From positions 73,502 to 135,825 of the forward strand of contig CANRDL010000001.1 of the NCBI GenBank assembly GCA_947629405.1: a stretch of DNA of 62,324 nt, written 5' to 3'. The position numbers and the translations under genes are program-made. This document shows positions 27,380 through 37,572 of the stretch, one piece after another; the stretch's first letter is position 1; the number at the start of each line of letters is the position of its first letter. This DNA comes from an uncultured Bacilli bacterium (lineage in GTDB: Bacteria; Bacillota_I; Bacilli_A; RF39; UBA660). The notes beneath the pieces are model-generated. The model searched no databases. It was given only the letters and a program-made list of their open reading frames with translations, and was not told the DNA's origin.

Positions 27380-28801
27380 TTATCTTATTTTATATGGAGT
27401 TGAATCTACACTTTTTATGTATTTTTTAACATTAATATTTTTTTTACTATATACTGTATTTTTATTATCACTAGAATATTTATAGTTTAAATATGTGCTA
27501 TCACAATATAAAAATTGAAAACTATAAAGGCGTCGATATTCAAAATAGGGAATATGGTATTTATTATCGTAATTTGGGCAACGAATATTTTCTTCGTTAT
27601 TTAAAATTTGTTTATCGATATATTTTTCTCTTATAACATTATAAGAGTTATAATCTATATATAAAAATCTTAATAACAAGCTATATATTAATAACAAAAG
27701 TATTTGTAATATTAATATTAAATTAATATATTTTATTTTAGTTATTCTATTTATAATAAAATAATTTATATAAAAAATAATTATATTAAAAAAACTAAAT
27801 GATATTAATAAAAGTGAACGAATTTCAACATATTTGCCAACTACTTGAGAAAAAAGAGCAATGGACGAAATAGCTAAATTTATAATTAAAATATTATAAT
27901 TTTTGGATAATATTTTTTTCTTTTTTAATTTGCAATAAATAAAGTAAAGTATAGTTAAAATTAACGTAATAAATAATATTAAAATGAAGTATTTAAAAAA
28001 ATTAATAAACATTTTATTTTTAGTAATAATTGCCCATTCTGCATTATTAAATGCATTTATTCTTATCTTTGTCGATTCAGAACAAACCATAATTAAAAAA
28101 CAAGTTGCAGTACATAGAGGAGCTCCAATAGTCCACTTTAAAATTTTTTTATTTTTCTTATAATAAAATAAAGCAGTTATTATCATATAAGTTATTAAAA
28201 CTGGAACTATATTTTCGGTAGAAAATCCTGCGATTAAAAACAAAATATAAAATAAAATTAATTTTATTTTCTTATCCTTAAATATATTTTTATTTTCTTG
28301 TAAATATCTAAAAGGAATACCTGCCAGCAAAACTATAATTGTATCAAATAGTTGATTAAAAGTTCCTGCTTCCCATAAAAATATTTCTGAAAATGCTGGA
28401 GTTAAAAAGAAAATTAAAATACTACAAAAAAGCAATAATACGGAATAATTTTTAATTTTTTTAATATTACCAAATGTGTAAAATAACATAAGATTACTAA
28501 AAATTACAAAATTTAAAGAGCTTACTATATAAAAAATATATTTTGGGAAACTACCAACAATAAAATATACTGTTTCTCCAATTCTTAAATTCCAATATAT
28601 TGCCCGGTTATAAATATGTCTTACTGTTTGTAAAAATGTTAATCTTGGTGTATAAAGATATGTATTAGCTAAACTGTTATCAATCCCAATTTGTTTTATC
28701 ACTGTTAAAATAATTAAATAGCATATTACTATAAATAAGTTTGTTAAAATTATATTTTTGTATTTTTTTAAATATTTTAATATATTTTGCAAATTAATCA
28801 C
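27380..28801 (-). CDS. polytopic membrane protein, possibly a GT-C-type glycosyltransferase (inferred from context only)
   Basis: 473 aa with more than 10 predicted TM segments. It is adjacent and convergent to the GtrB-like gene. No motif was recognised. Confidence 0.35.
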   Translation of the reverse strand: MINLQNILKYLKKYKNIILTNLFIVICYLIILTVIKQIGIDNSLANTYLYTPRLTFLQTVRHIYNRAIYWNLRIGETVYFIVGSFPKYIFYIVSSLNFVIFSNLMLFYTFGNIKKIKNYSVLLLFCSILIFFLTPAFSEIFLWEAGTFNQLFDTIIVLLAGIPFRYLQENKNIFKDKKIKLILFYILFLIAGFSTENIVPVLITYMIITALFYYKKNKKILKWTIGAPLCTATCFLIMVCSESTKIRINAFNNAEWAIITKNKMFINFFKYFILILFITLILTILYFIYCKLKKKKILSKNYNILIINLAISSIALFSQVVGKYVEIRSLLLISFSFFNIIIFYINYFIINRITKIKYINLILILQILLLLIYSLLLRFLYIDYNSYNVIREKYIDKQILNNEENIRCPNYDNKYHIPYFEYRRLYSFQFLYCDSTYLNYKYSSDNKNTVYSKKNINVKKYIKSVDSTPYKIR

Positions 28802-28904
28802 TCACTTCTTTAAATATATTTTATCATACTAAATAACAAGTTGCGAGATAAATACTTTAAAATGTATAATTATTTTGTTATAATTATTTTAATGGTGGTA
28901 AAAA

Positions 28905-30218
28905 ATGAAAGATAAAAAAGAAATAGCAAAAATTTTTAGTAATGTATCTTTTTATTTGGGAATTATATATTGTTTATTACCCTTTTTTTATTCGTTAATG
29001 AATTTATATGATAATAATAGTGCTTCTAACTTTCGTTATATGTTTATGGCTATTATTGGTAGCATTGCCTTGTTTTCATTTATAATTTATATTATTTTTT
29101 TAAAAAGAAATTGTAAATTAACTTTTAAAAATATTTTACCTTTAATTTTATTAATTTCTTTTTTAATTTGGTCATTTATTTCTTCTTGTTTATCCAATAA
29201 TAAAAGTATTTCTTTTTTAGGAACAGATTATCGCAAAGAGGGATTTTTAACCTATCTTTTCTATGGTGGATTTATTGGTATAGGGGCAATGATTAATGAT
29301 AAAAATAAATACAAAATATTAGCTAATATCATATTAATAACAGCAATTTATGGTGGAGCAATAAATTTATTAGGAAATGAAATTTCGCTTAAACTTTTTG
29401 CAACAAATCCTTATGCTGGTTTTTTTCATCATTTTAATCACTTTGCTTATTTTTTAAATATTTGTATTTTTATAGCAATTTTATTAATGTTAGATGCAAA
29501 AAAAATATTATTTAAATTATATTATTTTATAGTTTATATATTTTTGTTATTTATTTTAATTATTAATAATACCTTTGGTGTATATTTAGCAATTTTATTT
29601 TCAATTATTATTTTAATAATATATTTAATAAAAAATAAATTGTATAAATATGCCATAATAATATTTTTACCGTTTTTAATTTTATCTTGTATTTTAAAAG
29701 CTGATAATTATCAATATAATAAAACTATTGTTTTTGATAATTTTGTTGATCTTGGTTATGATTTAAAAATACTTACTAATAATTCCAAAAATACTGAAAA
29801 TAATATAAATTCTGAAATAGTAAATATTGATTCTGTTGGTAGTGATCGGGGTGGACTATGGAGAAATGGTTTAAATTTTATAAAACAAAAACCATTGTTT
29901 GGTTATGGTCCAGATAACTTAGAAAGCGAATACAATAAATTAAATATTGATATGGATAGAGCCCATAATTTGATAATTCAATTAGCAGCAACAACAGGAA
30001 TAATAGGATGTTTATTTTATTTTAGTAGTTTATTTGTAATACTTATTTATAATTTTAAAAGAAATAAATTTACGTTAGCTATTTCTTTAATAATTGTTTC
30101 TTATTTAATTTCTTCAATGTTTGGTAATTCTATGTATACTATATCTCCTTATTTTATGTTGTTGTTTGGAGTTTTAATTGGTATAAATTTGCGTTGTGAT
30201 GGTGATAATTATGTATAA
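28905..30218 (+). CDS. O-antigen ligase/polymerase (Wzy_C-like) family membrane protein
   Basis: Polytopic membrane protein with a large loop containing SDRGGLWRNGLNFIKQKPLFGYGPDN, then RAHN. Confidence 0.7.
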   Translation: MKDKKEIAKIFSNVSFYLGIIYCLLPFFYSLMNLYDNNSASNFRYMFMAIIGSIALFSFIIYIIFLKRNCKLTFKNILPLILLISFLIWSFISSCLSNNKSISFLGTDYRKEGFLTYLFYGGFIGIGAMINDKNKYKILANIILITAIYGGAINLLGNEISLKLFATNPYAGFFHHFNHFAYFLNICIFIAILLMLDAKKILFKLYYFIVYIFLLFILIINNTFGVYLAILFSIIILIIYLIKNKLYKYAIIIFLPFLILSCILKADNYQYNKTIVFDNFVDLGYDLKILTNNSKNTENNINSEIVNIDSVGSDRGGLWRNGLNFIKQKPLFGYGPDNLESEYNKLNIDMDRAHNLIIQLAATTGIIGCLFYFSSLFVILIYNFKRNKFTLAISLIIVSYLISSMFGNSMYTISPYFMLLFGVLIGINLRCDGDNYV

Positions 30219-30813
30219 AAGATTTTTAAAAAGATGTTTTGATATATTAATTTCATTGTTATTAATTATTATTCTTTCTCCACTTTTTTTATGTATATAT
30301 ATACTTATTAAAGTAAGTTCACCTGGAAAAGTAATATATAAACATAAAAGATATGGTTATAAGGGTAAAATCATAACTATTTATAAATTTAGAACAATGG
30401 TTGAAAATGCTGAAACTTTAGAGAAAAAATTTAATTTATCTCAAAAAAAGGAATATTTCGAAAATTTTAAATTAAAAAATGATTTTCGTATCATAAAAAA
30501 TGGTAAGTTTTTGCGAAAATATTGTTTAGATGAGTTGCCTCAATTATTTAATGTATTAAAAGGAGATATGAGTTTAGTTGGTCCGAGACCAATAGTAAAA
30601 AGAGAGCTTGATAAATATAAAACTAAAAAGAATAAATTATTAAGTATAAAACCTGGGCTTACTGGTCTTTGGCAAATAAATAAAAATAAAATTACTAATT
30701 ATAAAAAAAGAATGGAAACAGAACTATTTTATGTAGATAATTATAATTTTTTACTAGATTTGGAAATAATTTTTTTGACATTAATTTTTATATTTAAAGG
30801 AAATGACTATTAA
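30211..30813 (+). CDS. undecaprenyl-phosphate sugar-1-phosphate transferase (bacterial sugar transferase family)
   Basis: KRCFDILISLLLIIILSPLF, YKFRTM and LDELPQLFNVLKGDMSLVGPRP motifs. ATG 30211 follows GGTGA. Confidence 0.9.
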   Translation: MYKRFLKRCFDILISLLLIIILSPLFLCIYILIKVSSPGKVIYKHKRYGYKGKIITIYKFRTMVENAETLEKKFNLSQKKEYFENFKLKNDFRIIKNGKFLRKYCLDELPQLFNVLKGDMSLVGPRPIVKRELDKYKTKKNKLLSIKPGLTGLWQINKNKITNYKKRMETELFYVDNYNFLLDLEIIFLTLIFIFKGNDY

Positions 30814-30837
30814 TAAATAAAATTTTAAGGAGTAAAT

Positions 30838-31806
30838 ATGAAATATTCAATTTTGATTGCTGTTTATAACAAAGAAAAATATTTAGATAAATGTTTAGAT
30901 TCTATCTTAAATCAAACATATAAAAATTATGAGGTAATTGTTTGTGATGATGGCTCAACTGATAATAGTTATAATTTGTTAAAAAAATATAATATTAAAT
31001 TATACAAAAAGAAAAATAGTGGAGTATCGGATACAAGAAATTTTTTAATAAGTAAAGTAAGAACAAAATATTTTTTATTTGTTGATGCTGATGATTATAT
31101 TTCTAAAGATTTATTAAAAACTATAGATAAGTATGATAATAAAAATTACGATATATTAAGTTTTAGTGGAAAAGAAATTGATGAAAATGGAAAAATTTTA
31201 GATATATTAAATAAAGGAAAATTTTCTTGTAATGGAGAAAAAGCAATTAAAAAATTGATTTATAATAAAGCCTATTTTGATGTACCTTGGGGATATTGTT
31301 ATAATACAAATTATTTTAAAAGTTTGCATCTTTCTTATCCAAAGGGAAGAGTACATGAAGATTTTTATTTGACCCCTCTTGTTATAACTAATGCTAAAAA
31401 AATTATTGGTATCCAAAAATATTTATATTATTATGTCCAAAGTAAACAGAGTATAGTTAGAGGAAATAATAAAGCAATGTTAAATAAAAGAAAAGCAGAT
31501 ATGCTCTTTAATTATAAATTATTATGTGATACAGTTAAAAATAGTAATTTTAGTAGAAAAACTAAAGAGGACTTATATGTTTTTGCATTAAGAACCGCTT
31601 TATATTTTTGTAAATCATTAAAACTAAAAGATAAATTATCTTTTTTAAAAGAAATTAATAAAAGTGAAAATGCTAAACATTTTCGTTTTCCTAACGATGG
31701 TAGAGTAAAAAAATTCTTATTAAATATTAATTTAAGTTCATATTTAATTATAGGAATACCTTATTATAATTTAAAAGAAAAAATAAAGAGAGTGATTAAG
31801 AAATGA
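30838..31806 (+). CDS. GT2 family glycosyltransferase
   Basis: YSILIAVYNKEKYLDKCLDSILNQTYKNYEVIVCDDGSTDNS and a DADD motif. Confidence 0.85.
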   Translation: MKYSILIAVYNKEKYLDKCLDSILNQTYKNYEVIVCDDGSTDNSYNLLKKYNIKLYKKKNSGVSDTRNFLISKVRTKYFLFVDADDYISKDLLKTIDKYDNKNYDILSFSGKEIDENGKILDILNKGKFSCNGEKAIKKLIYNKAYFDVPWGYCYNTNYFKSLHLSYPKGRVHEDFYLTPLVITNAKKIIGIQKYLYYYVQSKQSIVRGNNKAMLNKRKADMLFNYKLLCDTVKNSNFSRKTKEDLYVFALRTALYFCKSLKLKDKLSFLKEINKSENAKHFRFPNDGRVKKFLLNINLSSYLIIGIPYYNLKEKIKRVIKK

Positions 31807-32462
31807 TTGGTAATGATTGGGATGTAATTTTAAATAATGTATATCAAAGTACAGGTTTTAAAAAATTTATAAAAGTAGTTAATCATGAATATGCAACTAA
31901 AACTATTTTTCCTAAAAAAGGACACATATTTAATGCTTTAAAATTAACGCCATATAAAAATGTTAAAGTAGTAATAGTAGGGCAAGATCCTTATCATGGT
32001 ATTAATGAAGCGCATGGACTTTCATTTTCAGTACAAAAAGAAATAACTCTTCCACCTTCTTTAAAAAATATTTTTAAAGAAATAAAAGATGATTTAGGAA
32101 TTATTGAACCTAATTGTGGGGATTTAACTAAATGGGCTAAAGAAGGAGTATTACTATTAAACTCTGTTTTAACAGTGGAAAAAGATAAACCTGCTTCTCA
32201 CAAAAATTTAGGATGGGAACGCTTAACTGATTATATAATAAAAAAAGTTAATGAAAAAAATGAACCAGTTGTTTTTATATTATGGGGCAATTTTGCTCGA
32301 AATAAAAAGAGCTTAATAAATAGCTCTAAACATTTAATAATTGAATCTGCTCATCCATCTCCATTTTCTGCCCGTTATGGTTTTTTTGGCAGTAAACCTT
32401 TTTCTAAAACAAACGAATTTTTAAAGAAAAATAATATTAAACCTATTGATTGGCAACTATAA
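31803..32462 (+). CDS. ung: uracil-DNA glycosylase
   Basis: GQDPYHG, AHGLSFSV and HPSPFSA motifs. Confidence 0.95.
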   Translation: MIGNDWDVILNNVYQSTGFKKFIKVVNHEYATKTIFPKKGHIFNALKLTPYKNVKVVIVGQDPYHGINEAHGLSFSVQKEITLPPSLKNIFKEIKDDLGIIEPNCGDLTKWAKEGVLLLNSVLTVEKDKPASHKNLGWERLTDYIIKKVNEKNEPVVFILWGNFARNKKSLINSSKHLIIESAHPSPFSARYGFFGSKPFSKTNEFLKKNNIKPIDWQL

Positions 32463-33008
32463 TTTAAAATCATCAATAATTTCATCATTCATATTTTTAC
32501 CATCAAAAAAGTTTAAAACTTTAATATGATGATTTTTGGCTACTAAATTAGAAGGGAAACTTCTAATTATTTTATTTAATTCTGTAGTGTATTTATTATA
32601 AAAACTTTTTGTCGCTTCTAACTTTTCATCAATCTCTAAAATTGTTTCTTTAATTTTAGAGATTTCTTTATTATTTTCTAAAACTTTATAATCATTTGTA
32701 ATTTGGTAAGCTAAATTACAATTTTCACATAATTCACGATCTAAAGAAAAATTAGATATATTTTGATTTTTTAACTCATCAAATTTATTAAAAGTATTTT
32801 TATCTATATCAGTTTTACTATTAATAATTTTGACAATTTTGGAAATATTATCATATTTTTTTCGCAATGTTTCATCTATGATGTTTTCGGCTTCTTGAAT
32901 TTTTAAGATTAATTTTTGAATATTATTATAAATTGTTATATATATAATACTAAGAATTCCAATTATTATAATTATTATTAATAAAATTATTATTAATTTC
33001 ATTTTCAT
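32457..33008 (-). CDS. lemA: LemA family protein
   Basis: An N-terminal TM helix and the C-terminal YNKYTTELNKIIRSFPSNLVA, which is typical of LemA. Confidence 0.75.
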   Translation of the reverse strand: MKMKLIIILLIIIIIIGILSIIYITIYNNIQKLILKIQEAENIIDETLRKKYDNISKIVKIINSKTDIDKNTFNKFDELKNQNISNFSLDRELCENCNLAYQITNDYKVLENNKEISKIKETILEIDEKLEATKSFYNKYTTELNKIIRSFPSNLVAKNHHIKVLNFFDGKNMNDEIIDDFKL

Positions 33009-33052
33009 TACATCCTTTACTCTTAAATTATATCAAATTATAGATAGTTTTT

Positions 33053-33766
33053 CTATAACTTTATTATTGTTTCTAATGCTAATTTTATCATATCGTTTAA
33101 ATTTTTTTCCCGCATTTCAGCCGTAATTTTTTTCTTTTCAAATTTGGAATCAACTACTGTGACAATTGCACTAGAATTTTTATTTAAATATTTAGAAGTA
33201 GCAAATAAGCCAAAAGCTTCCATTTCCGAAATTAATATATCTTTAGGAGCTTTTTTTAAATATTTATCAATGTTTATATATAAATCCAAAACATCAGTAG
33301 TATATATCATTCCTCTTTTATAGGGTAAATTTAATTTTAAAGCTTCTTTTTCAAGTAAATTATTGATTTTTTTATTACCATATAAAATATTATCATTACT
33401 ATCATTTAATATTTTATTAAAAGTAGAAAGAGAGTAAGCGGAATCAGCAATAACTATATCATTAATCTTTACTTCCTTTGATAATGCACCACTTGTACCA
33501 ATTCTAATAATATTTTTAACATTATAAAATTTATATAATTCATAAGCATATATTCCTACACTTGGTATACCCATACCACTTGATGCGACTGTTACTTTTT
33601 TACCTTTGTAAGTTCCTGAATAAATTAACATATTTCTTGTATCATTGACCAGTTTAGCATCTTTTAAAAAATTTTGAGCAATATATTTTGCCCTTAAAGG
33701 ATCACCTGGCATTATAACATTTTTATAAATATTTTTTTTATCGGTAACGATGTGAATTGGTTTCAT
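33053..33766 (-). CDS. deoD: purine nucleoside phosphorylase, DeoD type
   Basis: MPGDPLRAKYIAQNFL, GTYKGKKVTVASSGMGIPS and IRIGTSGA motifs. Confidence 0.9.
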   Translation of the reverse strand: MKPIHIVTDKKNIYKNVIMPGDPLRAKYIAQNFLKDAKLVNDTRNMLIYSGTYKGKKVTVASSGMGIPSVGIYAYELYKFYNVKNIIRIGTSGALSKEVKINDIVIADSAYSLSTFNKILNDSNDNILYGNKKINNLLEKEALKLNLPYKRGMIYTTDVLDLYINIDKYLKKAPKDILISEMEAFGLFATSKYLNKNSSAIVTVVDSKFEKKKITAEMREKNLNDMIKLALETIIKL

Positions 33767-33831
33767 AATTTTCCTACTTTCTATTTTGATTATATCTTAT
33801 ATTTTTGTTATAATCAACTTAGGTGGTAAAA

Positions 33832-34950
33832 ATGAGTAAAGTTATTGCAGAAATTAAAAATAATTTATTACAAAGAGAAAAATTTCTTTCAAAATATGCA
33901 ACTAAAAATTCTGATGCTATATATTTAAAAAATATTGATTCTGATTATCGTTTATTTTTTTATAAAGATATTGATAAAATTATTCATTCTTTATCATATA
34001 CAAGATATGTTGATAAAACGCAAGTATTTACTTTTAAAGATAATGATAATTTATCAAAAAGAATAATCCATGTGCAACTAGTAAGTAAAATTGCTAGAAC
34101 AATAGGCAGAGCATTAAATTTAAATGAAGATTTAATTGAAGCAGCTGCTTTAGGTCACGATCTAGGTCATGTTCCTTTTGGTCATTTAGGAGAAAAATAT
34201 TTAAATGAAATATCTTTAAGAAATAAGGAAGGATATTTTAATCACAATATTCAAAGTGTAAGAGATTTGTTATTTTTAGAAAACAAAAATATTTCAATTC
34301 AAACCTTAGATGCTATAATGTGCCATAATGGAAATTTTGAAAGTAATATATTTAAGCCTAAGAAAAAAACTATAGAAGAATTTTTTAAAGAATATAATGA
34401 AAGTTATCAAAATAAAACACTAATAAAAAAGTTAGTTCCCATGACTTTAGAAGGATGTGTTGTTAGAATTTCCGATATTATTGCTTATTTAGGTCGAGAC
34501 ATTGAAGATGCAATTGATTTAGGTGTTTTAAAAATTGAAGACATTCCTAAAGATATTACTGAAGTTTTAGGAAAAACTAATAAACAAATAGTAAATACTA
34601 TAGTAAGTGATGTTATTGAAAATAGCTATCAAAAAGATTACATTAAATTATCAGACAAGGTTTTTAAGGCTATTAAACAATTAAAAAAATTTAATTATGA
34701 ATATATTTATAATAAGGCCAATACCGAAGAAGAAAAACAAGAATATCAAAAAATGATTGAATATTTATTTAATATTTATTTAGAACAACTTAATAATAAT
34801 TGTCATAATTCCGATATTTATAAGATATTTTTAGATACAATGAGTGATGAATATCTAAAAAATAATTCTAAGGAAAGAATAGCAATTGATTTTATTGCTG
34901 GGATGACTGACGATTTTTTAGTAAATGAATACAAAAAATATAATAAATAA
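33832..34950 (+). CDS. dGTP triphosphohydrolase-like HD domain protein
   Basis: RIIHVQLVSKIARTIG and AALGHDLGHVPFGH motifs, and a C-terminal DFIAGMTDDF. ATG 33832 follows AGGTGG. Confidence 0.85.
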   Translation: MSKVIAEIKNNLLQREKFLSKYATKNSDAIYLKNIDSDYRLFFYKDIDKIIHSLSYTRYVDKTQVFTFKDNDNLSKRIIHVQLVSKIARTIGRALNLNEDLIEAAALGHDLGHVPFGHLGEKYLNEISLRNKEGYFNHNIQSVRDLLFLENKNISIQTLDAIMCHNGNFESNIFKPKKKTIEEFFKEYNESYQNKTLIKKLVPMTLEGCVVRISDIIAYLGRDIEDAIDLGVLKIEDIPKDITEVLGKTNKQIVNTIVSDVIENSYQKDYIKLSDKVFKAIKQLKKFNYEYIYNKANTEEEKQEYQKMIEYLFNIYLEQLNNNCHNSDIYKIFLDTMSDEYLKNNSKERIAIDFIAGMTDDFLVNEYKKYNK

Positions 34951-34985
34951 ATTAAAATTATATATAATAAGAAAGGAGGAATATT

Positions 34986-36269
34986 ATGAAATATCAAGAA
35001 TATAAAGGAAATTCTTTTAATTTATATACAATTAAAACTGATAAGTTTAAAAATTGTCAAATTGAAATTATTTTTCGAAATAATATTAAAAAAGAAGATA
35101 TAACTAAAAGAATTTTTTTATCATATATATTAACTGAAGCGACTAAAAAATATAATACTCATAAACTTTATAAAGAACGATGTGAAGATTTATATAATTT
35201 ATATTTATTTGTTCAAAATAATAAAATTGGTAAAACAATTCATACAACTTTTAAAGCCGATTTTTTAAATCCTAAATATGCTATGGATGATCTTTTAACT
35301 GATGTAATCAAAATGCTAAGAGAAGTTATTTTAAATCCTAATGTTATCAATGATGCTTTTGATAAAACTTCTTTTGATATTGTGAAAAATGATATGATTG
35401 ATGAAATAAAATCAGAAAAAGATTCTCCAATGCGTCATGCAATCTTAAAGTTAATTGAAAATATAGATGAAGATTCTGCCTTAAATATTAGAATAGATGG
35501 TTATTTAGAAGATTTAGAATTAATAACCCCAGAAAGTTTATATAAATATTATAAAGAATTTATTGCTAATGATTTATGTGATATTTTTGTAATTGGGGCC
35601 CTTGATATGGATGAGGTAAATGATAAATTTAGAAAAATATTTGATCTTTCATCAATTAAAACTAATAAATTTATCTATACCGAGGAATTAAAAACTAGAA
35701 AAAAAGTAAAAGAGGTAAATGAAGAAACTAAATTAAAACAATCTAGACTGGTTGTAGGTTACAATCTTATCAATTTAAATGATTATGAAAGAAATATCGT
35801 AATGTTTTTACTTAATATTATTTTAGGTGGAGGAAGTCTTGATTCAAAATTATATCAAAATCTTCGTCAAAAAAATGCTTTATGTTATACATGTAGTAGT
35901 ATGTATCAAAAAAATAATAGTTTAATAATTATTACGACAAGCATAGATGCTAAAAATTATAAAAAAGCAGTAAGATTAATAAAGAAATCTATTTTAGATT
36001 TAAAAAAAGGTAATATTTCCAAAAATGAAATAATTGATGCTAAAAGAAATATCATTGAGTCTCTAGATATGAATAGTGACATTGCTGATGCTTTACTTGC
36101 TAATTATATTTTTCATATATATTTAGATATGCCCCTTATAGATGAAAGAAAAGTGGAATTTCAAAAAGTAACTAAAAAAGATTTAATTAATGTAGCAAAA
36201 AAGATTAAATTAAATACTATATTTTTACTAAAAGATGGAGGTTACAATGAAAAAAATAACTCTAAATAA
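34986..36269 (+). CDS. M16 (insulinase) family peptidase-like subunit lacking the HxxEH motif
   Basis: Its size and its pairing with the next gene support the call. No HxxEH motif is present. The C-terminal M16 domain pattern LGGGSLDSKLYQNLRQKNALCY is present. Confidence 0.65.
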   Translation: MKYQEYKGNSFNLYTIKTDKFKNCQIEIIFRNNIKKEDITKRIFLSYILTEATKKYNTHKLYKERCEDLYNLYLFVQNNKIGKTIHTTFKADFLNPKYAMDDLLTDVIKMLREVILNPNVINDAFDKTSFDIVKNDMIDEIKSEKDSPMRHAILKLIENIDEDSALNIRIDGYLEDLELITPESLYKYYKEFIANDLCDIFVIGALDMDEVNDKFRKIFDLSSIKTNKFIYTEELKTRKKVKEVNEETKLKQSRLVVGYNLINLNDYERNIVMFLLNIILGGGSLDSKLYQNLRQKNALCYTCSSMYQKNNSLIIITTSIDAKNYKKAVRLIKKSILDLKKGNISKNEIIDAKRNIIESLDMNSDIADALLANYIFHIYLDMPLIDERKVEFQKVTKKDLINVAKKIKLNTIFLLKDGGYNEKNNSK

Positions 36270-37548
36270 TATCGATGAAGAAATTTTATATGAAAAATCA
36301 TCTGCTGGTTTAGATATTTTTATGTTACCAAATAAAAAAGTAAAAAGTTTTTATATAACTTTAAATGTTAAATATGGTTCTTTAATCACATCATTTAAAG
36401 AAAAAAAAGCTAAGAAGTTTATAAATGTTCCAAATGGTATTGCCCATTTTATAGAGCATATGAAATTTTATCAACCAAATGGTGTAACGGCTCATGAATA
36501 TTATAATAAATTAGGTTCAAGTATAAATGCTGCAACTTCTTATAGATATACTTTTTATGAAGTGTATGCAACAACAGAATTTAAAAAGAATTTAGATTAT
36601 TTACTTGAATATGTTTATACTCCCTGTTTTAAAAATGCCGATATTAAAACGGAAAAGGGAATTATAAAAGAAGAAATAAAAATGGGAATAGATAATCCTT
36701 CAACTATGCTTTATATGACAACAAATGAGCTTTTATATCAAAAAGATAATATGAAATATAGTATTGCTGGAGATGTGGAAGATATAAATAAAATTAATTC
36801 TAAAATGCTTCAAGAAGTATACGATCATTTTTATAAACCAGATAATATGTTTTTAGTAATTACAGGTAATTTTAATCCTGAATTAGCTGTTGCGATGATC
36901 AATGAAAAAATGAAGTCATTAAAATTTAGCAATATAGGGGAAGTTGAAATAAAAAAAATTAAGGAACCTTCTACAGTTTCTTTAGATGAAAAAATATTTA
37001 ATATGGATGTAACTTTTCCTAAATTAAAATTATCCTATAAAATGCCCTATAAAAATTTTTCTAAATTAAATCTTACAAATCCGGAATTGTCAGCCTATAT
37101 TAATATTATTTTGAAAAATAAATTTGGTATAACTTCTTCATTTTATCAAAAATTAAATGAAGAACAGTTATTAAGTAGCGGCCTTTATTATAGTTGTCTT
37201 ATTAGAAAAGAAAAAGATTATATTATTATATCTATTGAGACTGAAACTAAGTATCCTGATGATATTCGTAAAAAAATAATAGCTAATTTAAAAAATTTAA
37301 AAGTTGATGAAAAAATACTTGAACGAAGTAAAAAAATATTAATAAGTAATGCGGTTTTAAGAACTGATTCTATTCAAGTTATGAATGCCTCAATTCAAAA
37401 TGACATAGTGATGTTTGATGAAATTATGCAAGATGAATACCAAATGTATAAAAATTTAAATATGACTACTTTAAATAAAGTTCTTAAATGTTTAAATTTT
37501 TCTAAAAAAGTATATGTTCAAATTAATCCAATAGATAATCAAGACTAG
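36247..37548 (+). CDS. M16 family zinc peptidase (active-site subunit)
   Basis: GIAHFIEHMKF carries the HxxEH zinc motif. ATG 36247 follows GGAGG. Confidence 0.85.
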   Translation: MKKITLNNIDEEILYEKSSAGLDIFMLPNKKVKSFYITLNVKYGSLITSFKEKKAKKFINVPNGIAHFIEHMKFYQPNGVTAHEYYNKLGSSINAATSYRYTFYEVYATTEFKKNLDYLLEYVYTPCFKNADIKTEKGIIKEEIKMGIDNPSTMLYMTTNELLYQKDNMKYSIAGDVEDINKINSKMLQEVYDHFYKPDNMFLVITGNFNPELAVAMINEKMKSLKFSNIGEVEIKKIKEPSTVSLDEKIFNMDVTFPKLKLSYKMPYKNFSKLNLTNPELSAYINIILKNKFGITSSFYQKLNEEQLLSSGLYYSCLIRKEKDYIIISIETETKYPDDIRKKIIANLKNLKVDEKILERSKKILISNAVLRTDSIQVMNASIQNDIVMFDEIMQDEYQMYKNLNMTTLNKVLKCLNFSKKVYVQINPIDNQD

Positions 37549-37572
37549 TTCTTGATTTTTTTTTTAAAATAA

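Noticed and set aside
33832-34950. A dGTPase-like HD protein, and the Sir2 protein at 61334-62056, considered as possible anti-phage defence genes.
   Set aside because: Both have housekeeping size and motifs (a Dgt-like protein; a CobB-like 240-aa sirtuin with a zinc ribbon). They stand alone among core genes without partner effector or sensor genes. There is no sequence-based reason to call them defence systems.
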